IMG/VR virus record: IMGVR_UViG_3300034980_000520
Coordinates: 1 to 64,000 of that record
Source: a virus
Direction: 5' to 3' (one strand)
DNA length: 64,000 nucleotides
Part shown: one piece after another, positions 1 through 9,827 of the stretch
Layout: each line of letters begins with the position of its first letter
How positions within the stretch are numbered: the first letter of the stretch is position 1
Program-made: the position numbers and the translations under genes
The notes under the pieces: model-generated
The model's input: the letters and a program-made list of their open reading frames with translations, nothing else
The model's database searches: none
Told to the model about the DNA's origin: nothing

Positions 1-1
1 G

Positions 2-142
2 GATCAGAAAAAGGGAAATTATGAGTGGGGAGCCAAGGAAGGCGCCCGCACTTTTAAAGGCGAAAATGGGAAAGCCCGCGCAGCAGATGAACAAAAAAAG
101 TTAAAGAAAAATGGTATCACTGTTAGCGTAGAGAAGAAATAG
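2..142 (+). CDS. 3' end of hypothetical protein (truncated by window edge)
   Basis: Open frame from base 2 (DQKKGNYEWGAKEGARTF...VEKK) ending at TAG 140-142, directly abutting next ATG at 143. Confidence 0.6.
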   Translation, partial: DQKKGNYEWGAKEGARTFKGENGKARAADEQKKLKKNGITVSVEKK

Positions 143-682
143 ATGAAGAAACTATTTGAAAATTGGAACAGATACTTGAATGAATCATTGGCGGCAAACC
201 TAACAGATAAGATGCACGCTCAATGGCTTCAAGGCTATCAACAAGAAAATGGCAACAAACCAAGACTTAAACCTATTCCTGATAATCCTCCGATAGAACA
301 GTTAGAGGGCTACGAGGGTGTCGAGATGGTTGATGGCATTGCACACCAGAACATTAATCAAGAAGCTAGCAAGATCGAGCCGTCTCTTAAGCATAAATTA
401 AATGGCGCCCCTGCTGTTGATTACGCAGCAGCCACCGAGAGTATACCAATAAACTCAACTAGTGATATAGAAGAACTAGCTTCTGAATTTCATGTGATTT
501 GGATGAAGCATAACTCGTGGCAAAAAGATAGTAATCCAAATTTGTTTATTGATTATCATCAGCTACCCGGCGATGAAAAGCTTAAAGATTTAGATCAGCT
601 AAAAGTTGCTTTGGATTTACAATATCCGGGCAATGAAGAAATTCAACAACTATTTAACCAAGTATATAAGGAAACAAGATAA
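143..682 (+). CDS. RyR-repeat-like protein with MKKLFENW leader, putative head-internal protein
   Basis: C-terminal LASEFHVIWM...NPNLFIDYHQLPGDEKLKD resembles the RyR repeat (H..W...P.L..Y..L...EK..D); a weaker copy at MHAQW. Confidence 0.55.
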   Translation: MKKLFENWNRYLNESLAANLTDKMHAQWLQGYQQENGNKPRLKPIPDNPPIEQLEGYEGVEMVDGIAHQNINQEASKIEPSLKHKLNGAPAVDYAAATESIPINSTSDIEELASEFHVIWMKHNSWQKDSNPNLFIDYHQLPGDEKLKDLDQLKVALDLQYPGNEEIQQLFNQVYKETR

Positions 683-1074
683 TGGCTATAAGAAAAAACA
701 AGAAGAGAATTGACCCTCGGTATTTTTTACACGAGACGACATATAGAGATGAATTGGATGAGCAGGGCGACAAAGGACAGGAGAAGCTCGACACTATTAG
801 AAAACTCCTGCACAAATCACAAGACTACGGTGACGATGCCGGCGCCGCCCAAGCGCGCCAAGCTCTGGAGCAACAAGTGATAGCCCTTCTTAGAATGGTG
901 AATGCCGGCGGAGAATCCCCCGGCAATGCCTCGGCAATCGCCCAGCGAATCATGAGCCAATTGGCCCGTGGCCCCCTGAAACGACACCAACCACCGCTCG
1001 ATCCCGATTCGGAGAATTACTTTGAAGACGTAGCTAAAGCCCTGATCGCCAAGTCGCAGGATCCTGCAGGATAA
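682..1074 (+). CDS. hypothetical protein (MAIRKNKKRIDPRYFLHE leader)
   Basis: ORF with AAGGA RBS, TAATG coupling to the upstream gene, CTATTTA motif at 650. Confidence 0.7.
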   Translation: MAIRKNKKRIDPRYFLHETTYRDELDEQGDKGQEKLDTIRKLLHKSQDYGDDAGAAQARQALEQQVIALLRMVNAGGESPGNASAIAQRIMSQLARGPLKRHQPPLDPDSENYFEDVAKALIAKSQDPAG

Positions 1075-1079
1075 ATAAA

Positions 1080-1373
1080 ATGAATTGGTTAAAATCACTT
1101 TGGAGCAAACTGGTAAGCAAAACATCTGTTTCCCCTACGTTTGTTGTGGTTGAAGAAGAGGACGAAAGAAGTGCCGGAGAAATATTTTATATGATCTGCC
1201 GGCAAGCAAAAGTAGGACACGCCGAACTTACGAAGAACAGAATAGTAGAAGATTTTGAAGAATGGTACGACGGTCCACGCAACGAAGAATGTATAAGAAA
1301 ATCAATAAAACACTTCAGAGATGAAAATAGCGGAGTAATAAGTGCAAAACTAGCAGGAGTCCCAACAGAATGA
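1080..1373 (+). CDS. hypothetical protein with amphipathic N-terminus (MNWLKSLWSK)
   Basis: ORF, AGGA RBS, ATGA overlap with next gene. Confidence 0.65.
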   Translation: MNWLKSLWSKLVSKTSVSPTFVVVEEEDERSAGEIFYMICRQAKVGHAELTKNRIVEDFEEWYDGPRNEECIRKSIKHFRDENSGVISAKLAGVPTE

Positions 1374-1642
1374 AAATCACTAAGTCCAGACTTAAGCAGA
1401 TCATCAAAGAGCAGATTGAAGCTACTCTGCATGAAGAGACGGAGATAGAAGATCTGCGACCCGAGGTAAAGAGAATTTTCGTTTTGATAACGGCAGAAAT
1501 TAAAAAAAGCCCAGAAAACCAGCGCGGTATCCTGTGGTCAACACTCATGTCAATGATTGCAGAAGCTGCCCAAGAAGGTAAAGGCTCTGAGTTGCAGGAT
1601 GTAGCCGAGGTTTTGGATCCCGACGCCGAAGAGGAAACCTGA
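1370..1642 (+). CDS. hypothetical protein with MKITKSRLKQIIKE leader, putative head-internal protein
   Basis: AGGAG RBS; leader shared with other ORFs in the window. Confidence 0.7.
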   Translation: MKITKSRLKQIIKEQIEATLHEETEIEDLRPEVKRIFVLITAEIKKSPENQRGILWSTLMSMIAEAAQEGKGSELQDVAEVLDPDAEEET

Positions 1643-1686
1643 GCAGATAAAGAAGACTCCGGCGGAGTTACTATAAGGAGGAAAAA

Positions 1687-1887
1687 ATGATGGAAAAAGC
1701 ACAAGCATTTGTAGACACATGGTTAGCTAAACTTACTTCACGCAAGCTGATGGTATGGCTTACTGCCACTGCGCTCACCTTAGCAGATCACGTTACGAGC
1801 GAAGATTGGGTAATTATTTCTGCAATATATATTGGTGGACAAACAGTGATCGATGGTGTCGCTAGGCTAAAAGGATACAATGATTAA
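1687..1887 (+). CDS. putative holin
   Basis: 66 aa, two hydrophobic segments, SRKL motif before TM1, strong AAGGAGGA RBS. Confidence 0.5.
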   Translation: MMEKAQAFVDTWLAKLTSRKLMVWLTATALTLADHVTSEDWVIISAIYIGGQTVIDGVARLKGYND

Positions 1888-2263
1888 AGAGAAGATACTA
1901 GAATTTGCTCTGAAGAACTGGAAAGCAATACTAATAGTGTTGCTTTTAGTCGTTATAGCCCTCAAGAATGGTCGCGATTATAAACTCATGCAAACTGCAT
2001 ATGAAACTCAAATAGAATCTCATGAAGCACAAATCGAAGGTTTGAAAGAAATACACAAGCGAGAGATAGAAGAGAAGCAAGTGTTGATGGAAAGCTTCTT
2101 AGAATCAATTGCAGCAATTGAAGAAGAATACGAAAAAGCCCAAGAAGAGCTTGACACACTTCGAGAGAAAAAGAATAACGAATACAAAAGAAAATTCAGA
2201 CATGATAAACAGGCACTAATTAAAGATATAGAGACAAAGTTTGGTATTGAATATGTTCCTTAA
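1880..2263 (+). CDS. membrane-anchored coiled-coil protein (i-spanin-like)
   Basis: N-terminal TM (AILIVLLLVVIAL) followed by long E/K-rich coiled coil; follows holin candidate. Confidence 0.45.
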   Translation: MIKEKILEFALKNWKAILIVLLLVVIALKNGRDYKLMQTAYETQIESHEAQIEGLKEIHKREIEEKQVLMESFLESIAAIEEEYEKAQEELDTLREKKNNEYKRKFRHDKQALIKDIETKFGIEYVP

Positions 2264-2672
2264 TCTTCTTTTGATGTTGAGCCTTTCGGCAAATGCAACG
2301 GAGCCTGCCAAATTTTCCATACTGGAATACAAAGCGCCGGCACCATTTGCCGGTGTTCTCTTCGACGAGAGAGCCATGGCAAAGATGTTGTCAGATTATG
2401 ATCTTGTGCTGTATTCTTGCGATATAAAGACAGATTATCAATTAAGGATTCAAAAAGAAGAGTATGAGTTTAAGTTAGAAGATCTAAAAATAGAACATAA
2501 AGCCTTAACAGATGAGTACGATTTGTTTATAATGCAGAAAGATAAAGAAATTAATATACTTGTAGACTCACTAAAAAAAACATCTCCCCGTCACAAATGG
2601 TTATATTTTGCTGGTGGGATCCTCATTGGTACTGCGGGCTCATATGGCGTATATAAGGCATTAAATGACTAA
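2253..2672 (+). CDS. signal-peptide coiled-coil protein with C-terminal TM (spanin partner-like)
   Basis: MFLNLLLMLSLSANA signal peptide, coiled coil, WLYFAGGILIGTAGSYGVY tail; overlaps upstream gene. Confidence 0.4.
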   Translation: MFLNLLLMLSLSANATEPAKFSILEYKAPAPFAGVLFDERAMAKMLSDYDLVLYSCDIKTDYQLRIQKEEYEFKLEDLKIEHKALTDEYDLFIMQKDKEINILVDSLKKTSPRHKWLYFAGGILIGTAGSYGVYKALND

Positions 2673-3075
2673 AAAAGATCCAAACCAACTCGCTGCCATT
2701 GAACTTGCTATAAGCAAAAAGTATGGCAAAGACGCAGTAGCCAACCCCCGCGCCCGCTGGAACGAGGACAAAGAAAAAGAGTACTTACGTCAAATGTCTG
2801 AATTCTATACTAAGATTAAGAGAAACGAAGAGCACCAAGAGAAAATCGATATAAATGGTATAAAGGTTACAAAAAAACTACTTAATAGAGAATCTTTAAA
2901 GTGTTGTCCAGTCTGCGGAACCTTTCCAAAGAAATCTATGGATGATGTCTGTCTCGTCAAATTTGAGTGTTGCAGCAACTGTTACATTAAATATGTGGAA
3001 GGCAGAGAGGAAAGATGGCTAGAAGGTTGGAGACCAAATTTAAAAGAGGAAATAAAAAATGGCAACAGTTTATGA
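2665..3075 (+). CDS. hypothetical protein with Cys cluster (zinc-finger-like)
   Basis: CCPVC...CCSNC motif. Confidence 0.65.
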   Translation: MTKKDPNQLAAIELAISKKYGKDAVANPRARWNEDKEKEYLRQMSEFYTKIKRNEEHQEKIDINGIKVTKKLLNRESLKCCPVCGTFPKKSMDDVCLVKFECCSNCYIKYVEGREERWLEGWRPNLKEEIKNGNSL

Positions 3076-3613
3076 AATAATGCAAGGCTTGGCACAAGCT
3101 GCCGCAAACGCTTACGACGGAGCACTCGGAGAAGATTTTGAGCCGGCAAATGACGGCATTTTACGCAGAGAAGAAGGTGACGCTCTTATTGATGAGAGAG
3201 TCATGGACGGCTTTAACGTTAAGTTTTACGGCAATATGATGTGTCTTTCATACATGTCCGAAATACAATTAAAAGAAGTATACGCCGGCGGCTTTGAGGA
3301 AGAAATGGATCAAAGACTGACGGACATCTCCGGATGGCTTAAGAAAGAGTATAAGAAAATTACAGGCAATTCTGTCACTTTAACAGAAGAAGGCGAAATC
3401 GATGTCATGGTGCAAAATTCCTCCCGCGTTCGTAGTTGGGTTCAAGCTAAGAAGCATTACAAAGTCGGCGGATTGTCGGAAGACATGAATGACGATAACC
3501 AAGGCTCCACAAACCCGGTAGAAGCTAGTTGGAAAAGCTTTATGGATCAAGGCGGATGGGATGGCAAAGGCGGAAAACGTCCGGAGAACGATACCAGAAA
3601 AAAGGAATCGTAA
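3059..3613 (+). CDS. hypothetical protein
   Basis: 184-aa ORF with GAGGA RBS. Confidence 0.7.
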   Translation: MATVYEIMQGLAQAAANAYDGALGEDFEPANDGILRREEGDALIDERVMDGFNVKFYGNMMCLSYMSEIQLKEVYAGGFEEEMDQRLTDISGWLKKEYKKITGNSVTLTEEGEIDVMVQNSSRVRSWVQAKKHYKVGGLSEDMNDDNQGSTNPVEASWKSFMDQGGWDGKGGKRPENDTRKKES

Positions 3614-3614
3614 A

Positions 3615-4595
3615 GTGAAAGTCACACAATCAAGACTGCAACAGATTATCTTAGAAGAGTACATAAAAGAAGAGGCTCTCGAAGAAGCATTGAGCCCACA
3701 ACAGGAAAAGGAAATGTTGGCATGGATCCGGAAGCAAGGGCCCAAACCTGATTGGCTCGGGGATAATTATGGACACAGCAAAAAAGTAAAATCTGGCCAG
3801 GTACCAGCGGATCCAAATGCCGATAGAGCGGCCCAGACGATGCCGATTGGTATGGATATTCCGTCAGACGACGCCCCAGAGCGCGATTATAGTGGTTTCC
3901 AAGATCGTTCCGGACCATCTGACAGCCCTTTGGCAGAGCCGGAAGACATGAGCGACGAAGACGTTCTAGCGTCCATTAGTCAAATGATTCAAGGGAGGGA
4001 TCCAGAAACGGTTCAGGCGCTCTTTCAGGCGGCATTTGAACAGATCCCGGGCATTGAGATGGGTATGGCAGACGACGAAGAAGAAGAACTCGGCACGCCG
4101 TACGGTGGTAAGGAGTTCGATCGCCGAAAGGGTCAATTTGGACAAGCCGGCTTCCGCGAGCAATTAGTAAATGAAGTATATGCGCGTATTCTGGAATCCG
4201 ATTTTCACCGCGGCTACGGCATGGCAGGAATTCCATGGAAGCGAGATATCCCCGACGAAGAAGTTGACGAAGGGCTTGATGATTATCCTGATTTTGAACC
4301 GGCATACGATGTCATGAAAGGTGAAGGCCCGCCAGAGGAAGCACCGTTCCACGACATGTCCGACGTCGAAGTTCCTTATGCAAGAGAACTGGCACAAAAG
4401 ATGTGGGATGGCGGCGAACGACTTCCAGATACCTCACAAACGGCGCAACTAAGCGCTAAGCAGGAAGCAAGTCTTATCGACACAATCGAAAAAGAATCGG
4501 GCGATCTACATGTTGACAACGACGCGTTGAGCGACCTAGTGATGGATGTAACAGAAGAATTGTGGGCAATTCAAGAGAAGTCGGAAGATGTATGA
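3615..4595 (+). CDS. acidic hypothetical protein with MKVTQSRLQQIILEE leader, putative head-internal protein
   Basis: GTG at 3615 after AAGGA gives the shared leader; D/E/P-rich body; ATGA overlap with terminase. Confidence 0.65.
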   Translation: MKVTQSRLQQIILEEYIKEEALEEALSPQQEKEMLAWIRKQGPKPDWLGDNYGHSKKVKSGQVPADPNADRAAQTMPIGMDIPSDDAPERDYSGFQDRSGPSDSPLAEPEDMSDEDVLASISQMIQGRDPETVQALFQAAFEQIPGIEMGMADDEEEELGTPYGGKEFDRRKGQFGQAGFREQLVNEVYARILESDFHRGYGMAGIPWKRDIPDEEVDEGLDDYPDFEPAYDVMKGEGPPEEAPFHDMSDVEVPYARELAQKMWDGGERLPDTSQTAQLSAKQEASLIDTIEKESGDLHVDNDALSDLVMDVTEELWAIQEKSEDV

Positions 4596-6175
4596 GTTTC
4601 CAATTAGACAAGAAACAGAAAGTCAAAGAAATCTTAAAGTGCGGTAAGGATCCTTCTTACTTCCTCACCACATACGCCCGCATATCTCACCCGATGCACG
4701 GGCTGATTCTTTTTGATACATACGATTTCCAAGATGAACTCTTAAAAGACTTTAACGACTATCGCTTTAACGTTATTTTAAAAGCACGCCAATTGGGAAT
4801 TTCTACAATTACTGCCGGCTATATTGTATGGCTGATGTTATTTCATCGAGATAAAGCAATTCTCGTAATGGCAACCAAGTTTGCTACGGCAGGAAACCTT
4901 GTAAAGAAAGTTAAAGGTATCATGAGAAACGTGCCTGACTGGCTGAGCATCGCCACAATTTCGGTAGACAACAGAACATCTTTCGAGCTTTCAAATGGTT
5001 CATCGATTAAGGCTGCTTCTACTTCTGGGGATGCTGGGCGTTCTGAGGCACTGTCTCTCTTGGTTCTAGATGAGGCTGCTCACATTGAGGGATTGGAAGA
5101 ACTGTGGACTGGTTTGTATCCAACGCTGTCTACTGGTGGACGCTGTATTGCGCTCTCTACACCAAATGGTGTGGGGAATTGGTTTCATAAAACATGTAAT
5201 GATGCGGAATCCGGCACCAACAATTTTAATTTAACGACGCTTATGTGGGATGCGCACCCTGACAGGGATGAGGCTTGGTATAAAAAAGAAACCAAGAATA
5301 TGTCCAAGCGACAAATTGCACAAGAGCTTGAGTGCAACTTCAATACTTCGGGCGAAACTGTTATCGACCCAGAATGTATGGATTGGCTGCTGTCGAACGT
5401 GTGCGAACCAAAACATCGCACCGGCTTCGATCGTAATTTTTGGATCTGGGAAGAGTTCGATCCGAGTTGCAATTACTTGATGGTATCGGATGTTGCACGT
5501 GGCGATGGGGCAGACTACTCTACATTTCATATTATAAAATTGGAGACTCTGGAAGTGGTTGGAGAATATCAAGGAAAGCCAGCCCTCGATATGTATGCGG
5601 GGATGCTCAACCAAGTTGGAAGAGAATACGGTGGTTGTATGCTGGTTGTCGAAAACAACAATATCGGCTATTCGGTATTAGATAAGCTTATTGATTATGC
5701 ATATCCCAATCTATATCATTCAATTAAATCTACACACGAATATATCGAACAATATCAAGCAGAGTACACTAACTCTTCTGTCCCCGGCTTTACCACATCA
5801 ATGAAGACGCGCCCCCTTATCATCGCAAAACTAGAAGAATTCATCAGAAACAAACTAATTAAAGTGTATTCATCTCGCACCATCAACGAGATGAAGACAT
5901 TCATTTGGAGGAACGGTAAGCCACAAGCAATGAAGGGATACCATGATGATTTAATTATGGCGCTCGCAATTGCATGTTGGGTTCGCGATACTGCTCTACA
6001 AGTGAATGCTCGCGAGCTAAATTATCAAAAAGCGTATGCTAATTCAATCTATACTTCGAAAACTACAATGAATACACAAATACCTGGTCAAGAGGGCTAC
6101 AAAAAAAATGATATGTTTGATAAAATGAAGGAAGCTAGAGATACATATGAACAATATAAATGGATTATAAAGTGA
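4592..6175 (+). CDS. terL: terminase large subunit (T4 gp17-like)
   Basis: KARQLGIST Walker A, LLVLDEAAH Walker B, LSTPNG motif C, DVARGDGADYS and HDDLIMALAI nuclease motifs. Confidence 0.95.
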   Translation: MSFQLDKKQKVKEILKCGKDPSYFLTTYARISHPMHGLILFDTYDFQDELLKDFNDYRFNVILKARQLGISTITAGYIVWLMLFHRDKAILVMATKFATAGNLVKKVKGIMRNVPDWLSIATISVDNRTSFELSNGSSIKAASTSGDAGRSEALSLLVLDEAAHIEGLEELWTGLYPTLSTGGRCIALSTPNGVGNWFHKTCNDAESGTNNFNLTTLMWDAHPDRDEAWYKKETKNMSKRQIAQELECNFNTSGETVIDPECMDWLLSNVCEPKHRTGFDRNFWIWEEFDPSCNYLMVSDVARGDGADYSTFHIIKLETLEVVGEYQGKPALDMYAGMLNQVGREYGGCMLVVENNNIGYSVLDKLIDYAYPNLYHSIKSTHEYIEQYQAEYTNSSVPGFTTSMKTRPLIIAKLEEFIRNKLIKVYSSRTINEMKTFIWRNGKPQAMKGYHDDLIMALAIACWVRDTALQVNARELNYQKAYANSIYTSKTTMNTQIPGQEGYKKNDMFDKMKEARDTYEQYKWIIK

Positions 6176-6185
6176 GAAAATAAAA

Positions 6186-8162
6186 ATGGCAGATAAAAAT
6201 TCAAGAAATACCCAGTCCCAGCTTTTTAAAGCGCTCACTCGTCTTTTTTCAGGGCCGATTATAAATTACCGCTCGCAGACGGGTAGAAAGATCCGTCGAC
6301 AGCATCTAGATAAATTTTCAACTAGGTTTAAGTCAGCGTCCGGACAACAGTTTAAGAAGTCTCTTTATAACCCGCTCGACACAATTGCAGCCAATGCGAT
6401 GCAAAACCAGCGCCGAGTCGAGCGCTATGTAGATTTTGATCAAATGGAATACACTCCTGAGATTGCATCGGCACTGGATATTTATGCTGACGAGATGACG
6501 ACTTATTCTGATTTGCGCCCGATGCTGAGCGTCAGGTGCCCCAATGAAGAGATTAAGGCAGTATTAGAAAACCTTTATAGCAAGATTTTAAATATAGATT
6601 ATAATCTTTTCGGCTGGGCACGCACAATGTGCAAGTATGGAGACTTTTTCTTGTACTTGGATATCGACGATAAGTTTGGTGTGCAGTCAGTGATCTCTTT
6701 GCCAATATCCGAAATAGAAAGATTAGAAGGGAAGGACGCTACAAATCCAAACTATGTCCAATACCAGTGGAACTCTGCCGGCATGACATTCGAGAACTGG
6801 CAAATTTCACACTTCCGAGTTTTAGGAAATGATAAACATGCGCCTTATGGCACTGCTATCTTAGATCCGTGTCGAAGAATATTCCGTCAGCTTATCTTGG
6901 TTGAAGATGCAATGATGGCTTATCGAATTATTAGATCGTCCGAGAGGAGAGTATTTAAAATTGACATTGGCGCCATTCCTCCTCAAGACGTTGAGCAATA
7001 TATGGAGAAGATTGTTACTCAATTAAAGAGACACTCGGTTGTAGATCCTAGTAGTGGCAGAGTTGATTTGCGATATAACCCCATGAGCATCGAAGAAGAT
7101 TACTTTATTCCAGTACGTCCGGGATCTGCAACAGAGATTACCAATCTCGCCGGCGGTACAAACACGACAGCGATTGATGACGTTAAGTACTTGCGTGACA
7201 AACTCTTTTCCGCGCTAAAAATTCCTCAAGCATATCTTGCGATGGGCGATGGTGCCGCCGAGGACAAGACTACCCTTGCGCAAAAAGATGTAAGATTCTC
7301 CAGAACCATTCAGCGACTCCAGAGAGTTATTTCTGCAGAGCTTGAAAAGATTGGCATTATTCACCTTTACACTCTTGGTTTCCGCGGCGATGACTTGGTT
7401 AGTTTCAAGACAGTCTTAAACAATCCCTCGAAGATCGCTGAACTTCAAGAGATAGAACATTGGAAATCTAAATTTGACATCGCAGCCTCAGCAACCGAGG
7501 GTTTCTTTTCTCGGCGCTGGGTATCTGATAATATCTTTGGCATGTCTCACGAAGAATTTTTACGCAATCAGCGAGAAATGTTTTATGATCGCAAGCAGGA
7601 TGCTGCCCTTCAAGCAGTTGCGGAAGCTGCTGCAGCCGGGGAAGCCGGCTTGGGCGGAGACATGGGTGGCGATCTTGGTGGAGACTTGGGCGGCGATCTT
7701 GGCGGAGACTTGGGTGGTGATCTTGGCGGCGAAGAGATGCCGGCAGGTGATGTTGGCGGAGAGGAATCCCCATTGCTGGCAGTACCTCCCGGAAGTAGAA
7801 ATTCTCCGAGATTACATGGCGGAAAGAAAAGCCACAGCAAAAAAGTATACTTCCCCGCTAATCGCGATAAACGTGAAGATGCCGGCTTTGGTAAACACAT
7901 ACAAGGACTGACGAACATGGAGAAGCGAGGGAGAGCCCCCAGAGCTAGAAGCCCGGGCCGTGAAATCGCAAAGATTCCAAGCATGATACCTCTAGCAAAA
8001 GGTATTCCAGAAAGTAATTATCCATCCGACGCACCTATTTATAGTTTGAAGGATATCAGAGAGGAAGAAATGCTTTTTGAAGTCAACGATTCTCTGCATG
8101 GCCTAATATCACTCTTAGAAACAAAAGACAAGCTAATTACGGAGCAAGAAAATGAAGACTAG
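6186..8162 (+). CDS. portal protein (T4 gp20-like)
   Basis: PEIASALDIYADE, EDAMMAYRIIRSSERRVFKIDIG, EEDYFIP, IDDVKYLRDKLFSALKIP motifs; follows terL. Confidence 0.93.
   Translation: MADKNSRNTQSQLFKALTRLFSGPIINYRSQTGRKIRRQHLDKFSTRFKSASGQQFKKSLYNPLDTIAANAMQNQRRVERYVDFDQMEYTPEIASALDIYADEMTTYSDLRPMLSVRCPNEEIKAVLENLYSKILNIDYNLFGWARTMCKYGDFFLYLDIDDKFGVQSVISLPISEIERLEGKDATNPNYVQYQWNSAGMTFENWQISHFRVLGNDKHAPYGTAILDPCRRIFRQLILVEDAMMAYRIIRSSERRVFKIDIGAIPPQDVEQYMEKIVTQLKRHSVVDPSSGRVDLRYNPMSIEEDYFIPVRPGSATEITNLAGGTNTTAIDDVKYLRDKLFSALKIPQAYLAMGDGAAEDKTTLAQKDVRFSRTIQRLQRVISAELEKIGIIHLYTLGFRGDDLVSFKTVLNNPSKIAELQEIEHWKSKFDIAASATEGFFSRRWVSDNIFGMSHEEFLRNQREMFYDRKQDAALQAVAEAAAAGEAGLGGDMGGDLGGDLGGDLGGDLGGDLGGEEMPAGDVGGEESPLLAVPPGSRNSPRLHGGKKSHSKKVYFPANRDKREDAGFGKHIQGLTNMEKRGRAPRARSPGREIAKIPSMIPLAKGIPESNYPSDAPIYSLKDIREEEMLFEVNDSLHGLISLLETKDKLITEQENED
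7649..7730 (+). repeat. 12-nt tandem repeat encoding (GGDL/M)n in the portal C-terminal tail
   Basis: LGGDMGGDLGGDLGGDLGGDLGGDLGG with synonymous variation between units. Confidence 0.9.
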
Positions 8163-8985
8163 ATATAACAAAAAACGCAACACGGCGTTTGTTTATGAAG
8201 CGCTGATTCGGGAGGGCACCTCTGCCATCCTACAACAAGACGATGATCGACGCAGCAAAGTTGTTTCTGTCATTAAAAAGCACTTTAAGCCCGGAACAAT
8301 ATTAAGAAAGGATCTAGAGTGCTACCAGTCCTTATATGAAAACCAAGTAGAAAACAAGGATGATTGCAAGAGTATTCTTAAAGAGGCTCGCCTTCAAAAG
8401 AGCTTTTTAAATCCCGAAATATTATTCAAAGAGCAGACTTCCCTGATTCATGATATAAACAAAGAGATTAAAGCTGATGTCTTTGGCAATTTTGTCCCAA
8501 ACTATAAGTCGCTAGCTAATATTTATCAAATGTTTTCTTTCTCTTCGTCTCCCAAAGACAAGGTTTTGTTAGAAAAACTTGTTATTGGCAACATGCTAAT
8601 TGAAAAAACAGATCAAGAAGAAGTGTTGCACATAGACGACATCGTGATAGAATCTTTTGTTAAGAAATTTAATGAAAAATATGACAAGGAATTATTGCAA
8701 GAACAAAAAACTCTTTTGAATCTTTATATAAAATCATTTGTAGATAATTCCCTTGAGTTTAAAATTTACTTAAACGAGGAAATTACCCGATTAAAAGAGG
8801 GCATCGAATCAGCCAAGACGCTTGAAGAATTTGTGGCAGATCCCGACATGCTGGAAAAAACATCTCAGGTTCTGAACAAGTTAGACAGCTTTAAGGAAAC
8901 AGAGATTAATGAAAATATAATTCTTTCTGTGTTAAAAATTCAATCACTCCACAAGGAAACCATGGAAGATGGCAGTAGTAATTAG
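8152..8985 (+). CDS. hypothetical protein (head module, helical)
   Basis: 277-aa ORF between portal and protease, GGAG RBS. Confidence 0.75.
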   Translation: MKTRYNKKRNTAFVYEALIREGTSAILQQDDDRRSKVVSVIKKHFKPGTILRKDLECYQSLYENQVENKDDCKSILKEARLQKSFLNPEILFKEQTSLIHDINKEIKADVFGNFVPNYKSLANIYQMFSFSSSPKDKVLLEKLVIGNMLIEKTDQEEVLHIDDIVIESFVKKFNEKYDKELLQEQKTLLNLYIKSFVDNSLEFKIYLNEEITRLKEGIESAKTLEEFVADPDMLEKTSQVLNKLDSFKETEINENIILSVLKIQSLHKETMEDGSSN

Positions 8986-9508
8986 AGTTGGCGAGAAAGC
9001 CAATGAGAAAAAAGTTAGATTAGATCTGGATGCTCGCAAGAGCCTTGCTGGTGATATAATGATTTTTGATCACGGTGACATTGACATTGTTCTGTCGCCC
9101 ACAACAAAAAAAGTAGTGGCATTTCCCAAAGAGTCGATGTCGGATTTGGTATATGGCGCTCAGAATAGACTCATGACACACTTAGTTAAAAGGGGAATTC
9201 TTACCCCAGAGTCTGTTCAAGCCGGCTCATTTTATGGAGCGCTCGAAGCAACAATTCAAGAGTCATCCACCCCAGATATCAGTGGTCCAAAGCTAGCACT
9301 TATTAATATTTCTCAATTCATAGAAGAAGAGCGTCCATATTTTGAAAATACGGAAGCTATCATTTCTATGGAAGATGGAGAACTGGTACACCCAGATAAA
9401 ACAGACTCAACAGAACTGGGTGAAGTACCGCAATCAACCGATCAGGGCTCGATCTCCAACAGATACATCAGAGATCCTTACGCTCTGGACTACATGTATA
9501 CATTTTAA
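8969..9508 (+). CDS. hypothetical protein
   Basis: 179-aa ORF overlapping upstream gene. Confidence 0.7.
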   Translation: MAVVIRVGEKANEKKVRLDLDARKSLAGDIMIFDHGDIDIVLSPTTKKVVAFPKESMSDLVYGAQNRLMTHLVKRGILTPESVQAGSFYGALEATIQESSTPDISGPKLALINISQFIEEERPYFENTEAIISMEDGELVHPDKTDSTELGEVPQSTDQGSISNRYIRDPYALDYMYTF

Positions 9509-9518
9509 TAGAGGAAAC

Positions 9519-9827
9519 ATGGAATTATTAACATTTATACTTGCCGCCTATGGGCTTACGCAGGTAGTGGTGTATGGGAAGATATTTAACAAAGTACGAC
9601 CAACGAAAGGAAGGCTTGGAGATTTATTTAAATGTCCAATGTGCATAGGATTTCATGTAGGTTGGTTTTTAATGCTACTTTCCCCGTTTACAGAACTATT
9701 TAATTTTGACGTTTCTGTAGCCAATTTCTTTTTACTAGGTTGGTTGTCCTCGGGAACATCGTATATTTTAAACATGGTTTTTGGAGACGAAGGGATTAAA
9801 TATGAACACAAATATTTGGACAAATAA
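9519..9827 (+). CDS. DUF1360-like membrane protein
   Basis: GAGGA RBS, hydrophobic segments and LFKCPMCIGFHVGW motif. Confidence 0.6.
   Translation: MELLTFILAAYGLTQVVVYGKIFNKVRPTKGRLGDLFKCPMCIGFHVGWFLMLLSPFTELFNFDVSVANFFLLGWLSSGTSYILNMVFGDEGIKYEHKYLDK

Noticed and set aside
7649-7730. Tandem repeat as possible CRISPR array
   Set aside because: 12-nt in-frame coding units with no spacers; no cas genes seen
2878-9702. Intragenic CTANTTA matches at 2878, 8035 and 9696 as late promoters
   Set aside because: They lie 100 nt or more from the next start and a degenerate 7-mer occurs by chance; left out of the core set
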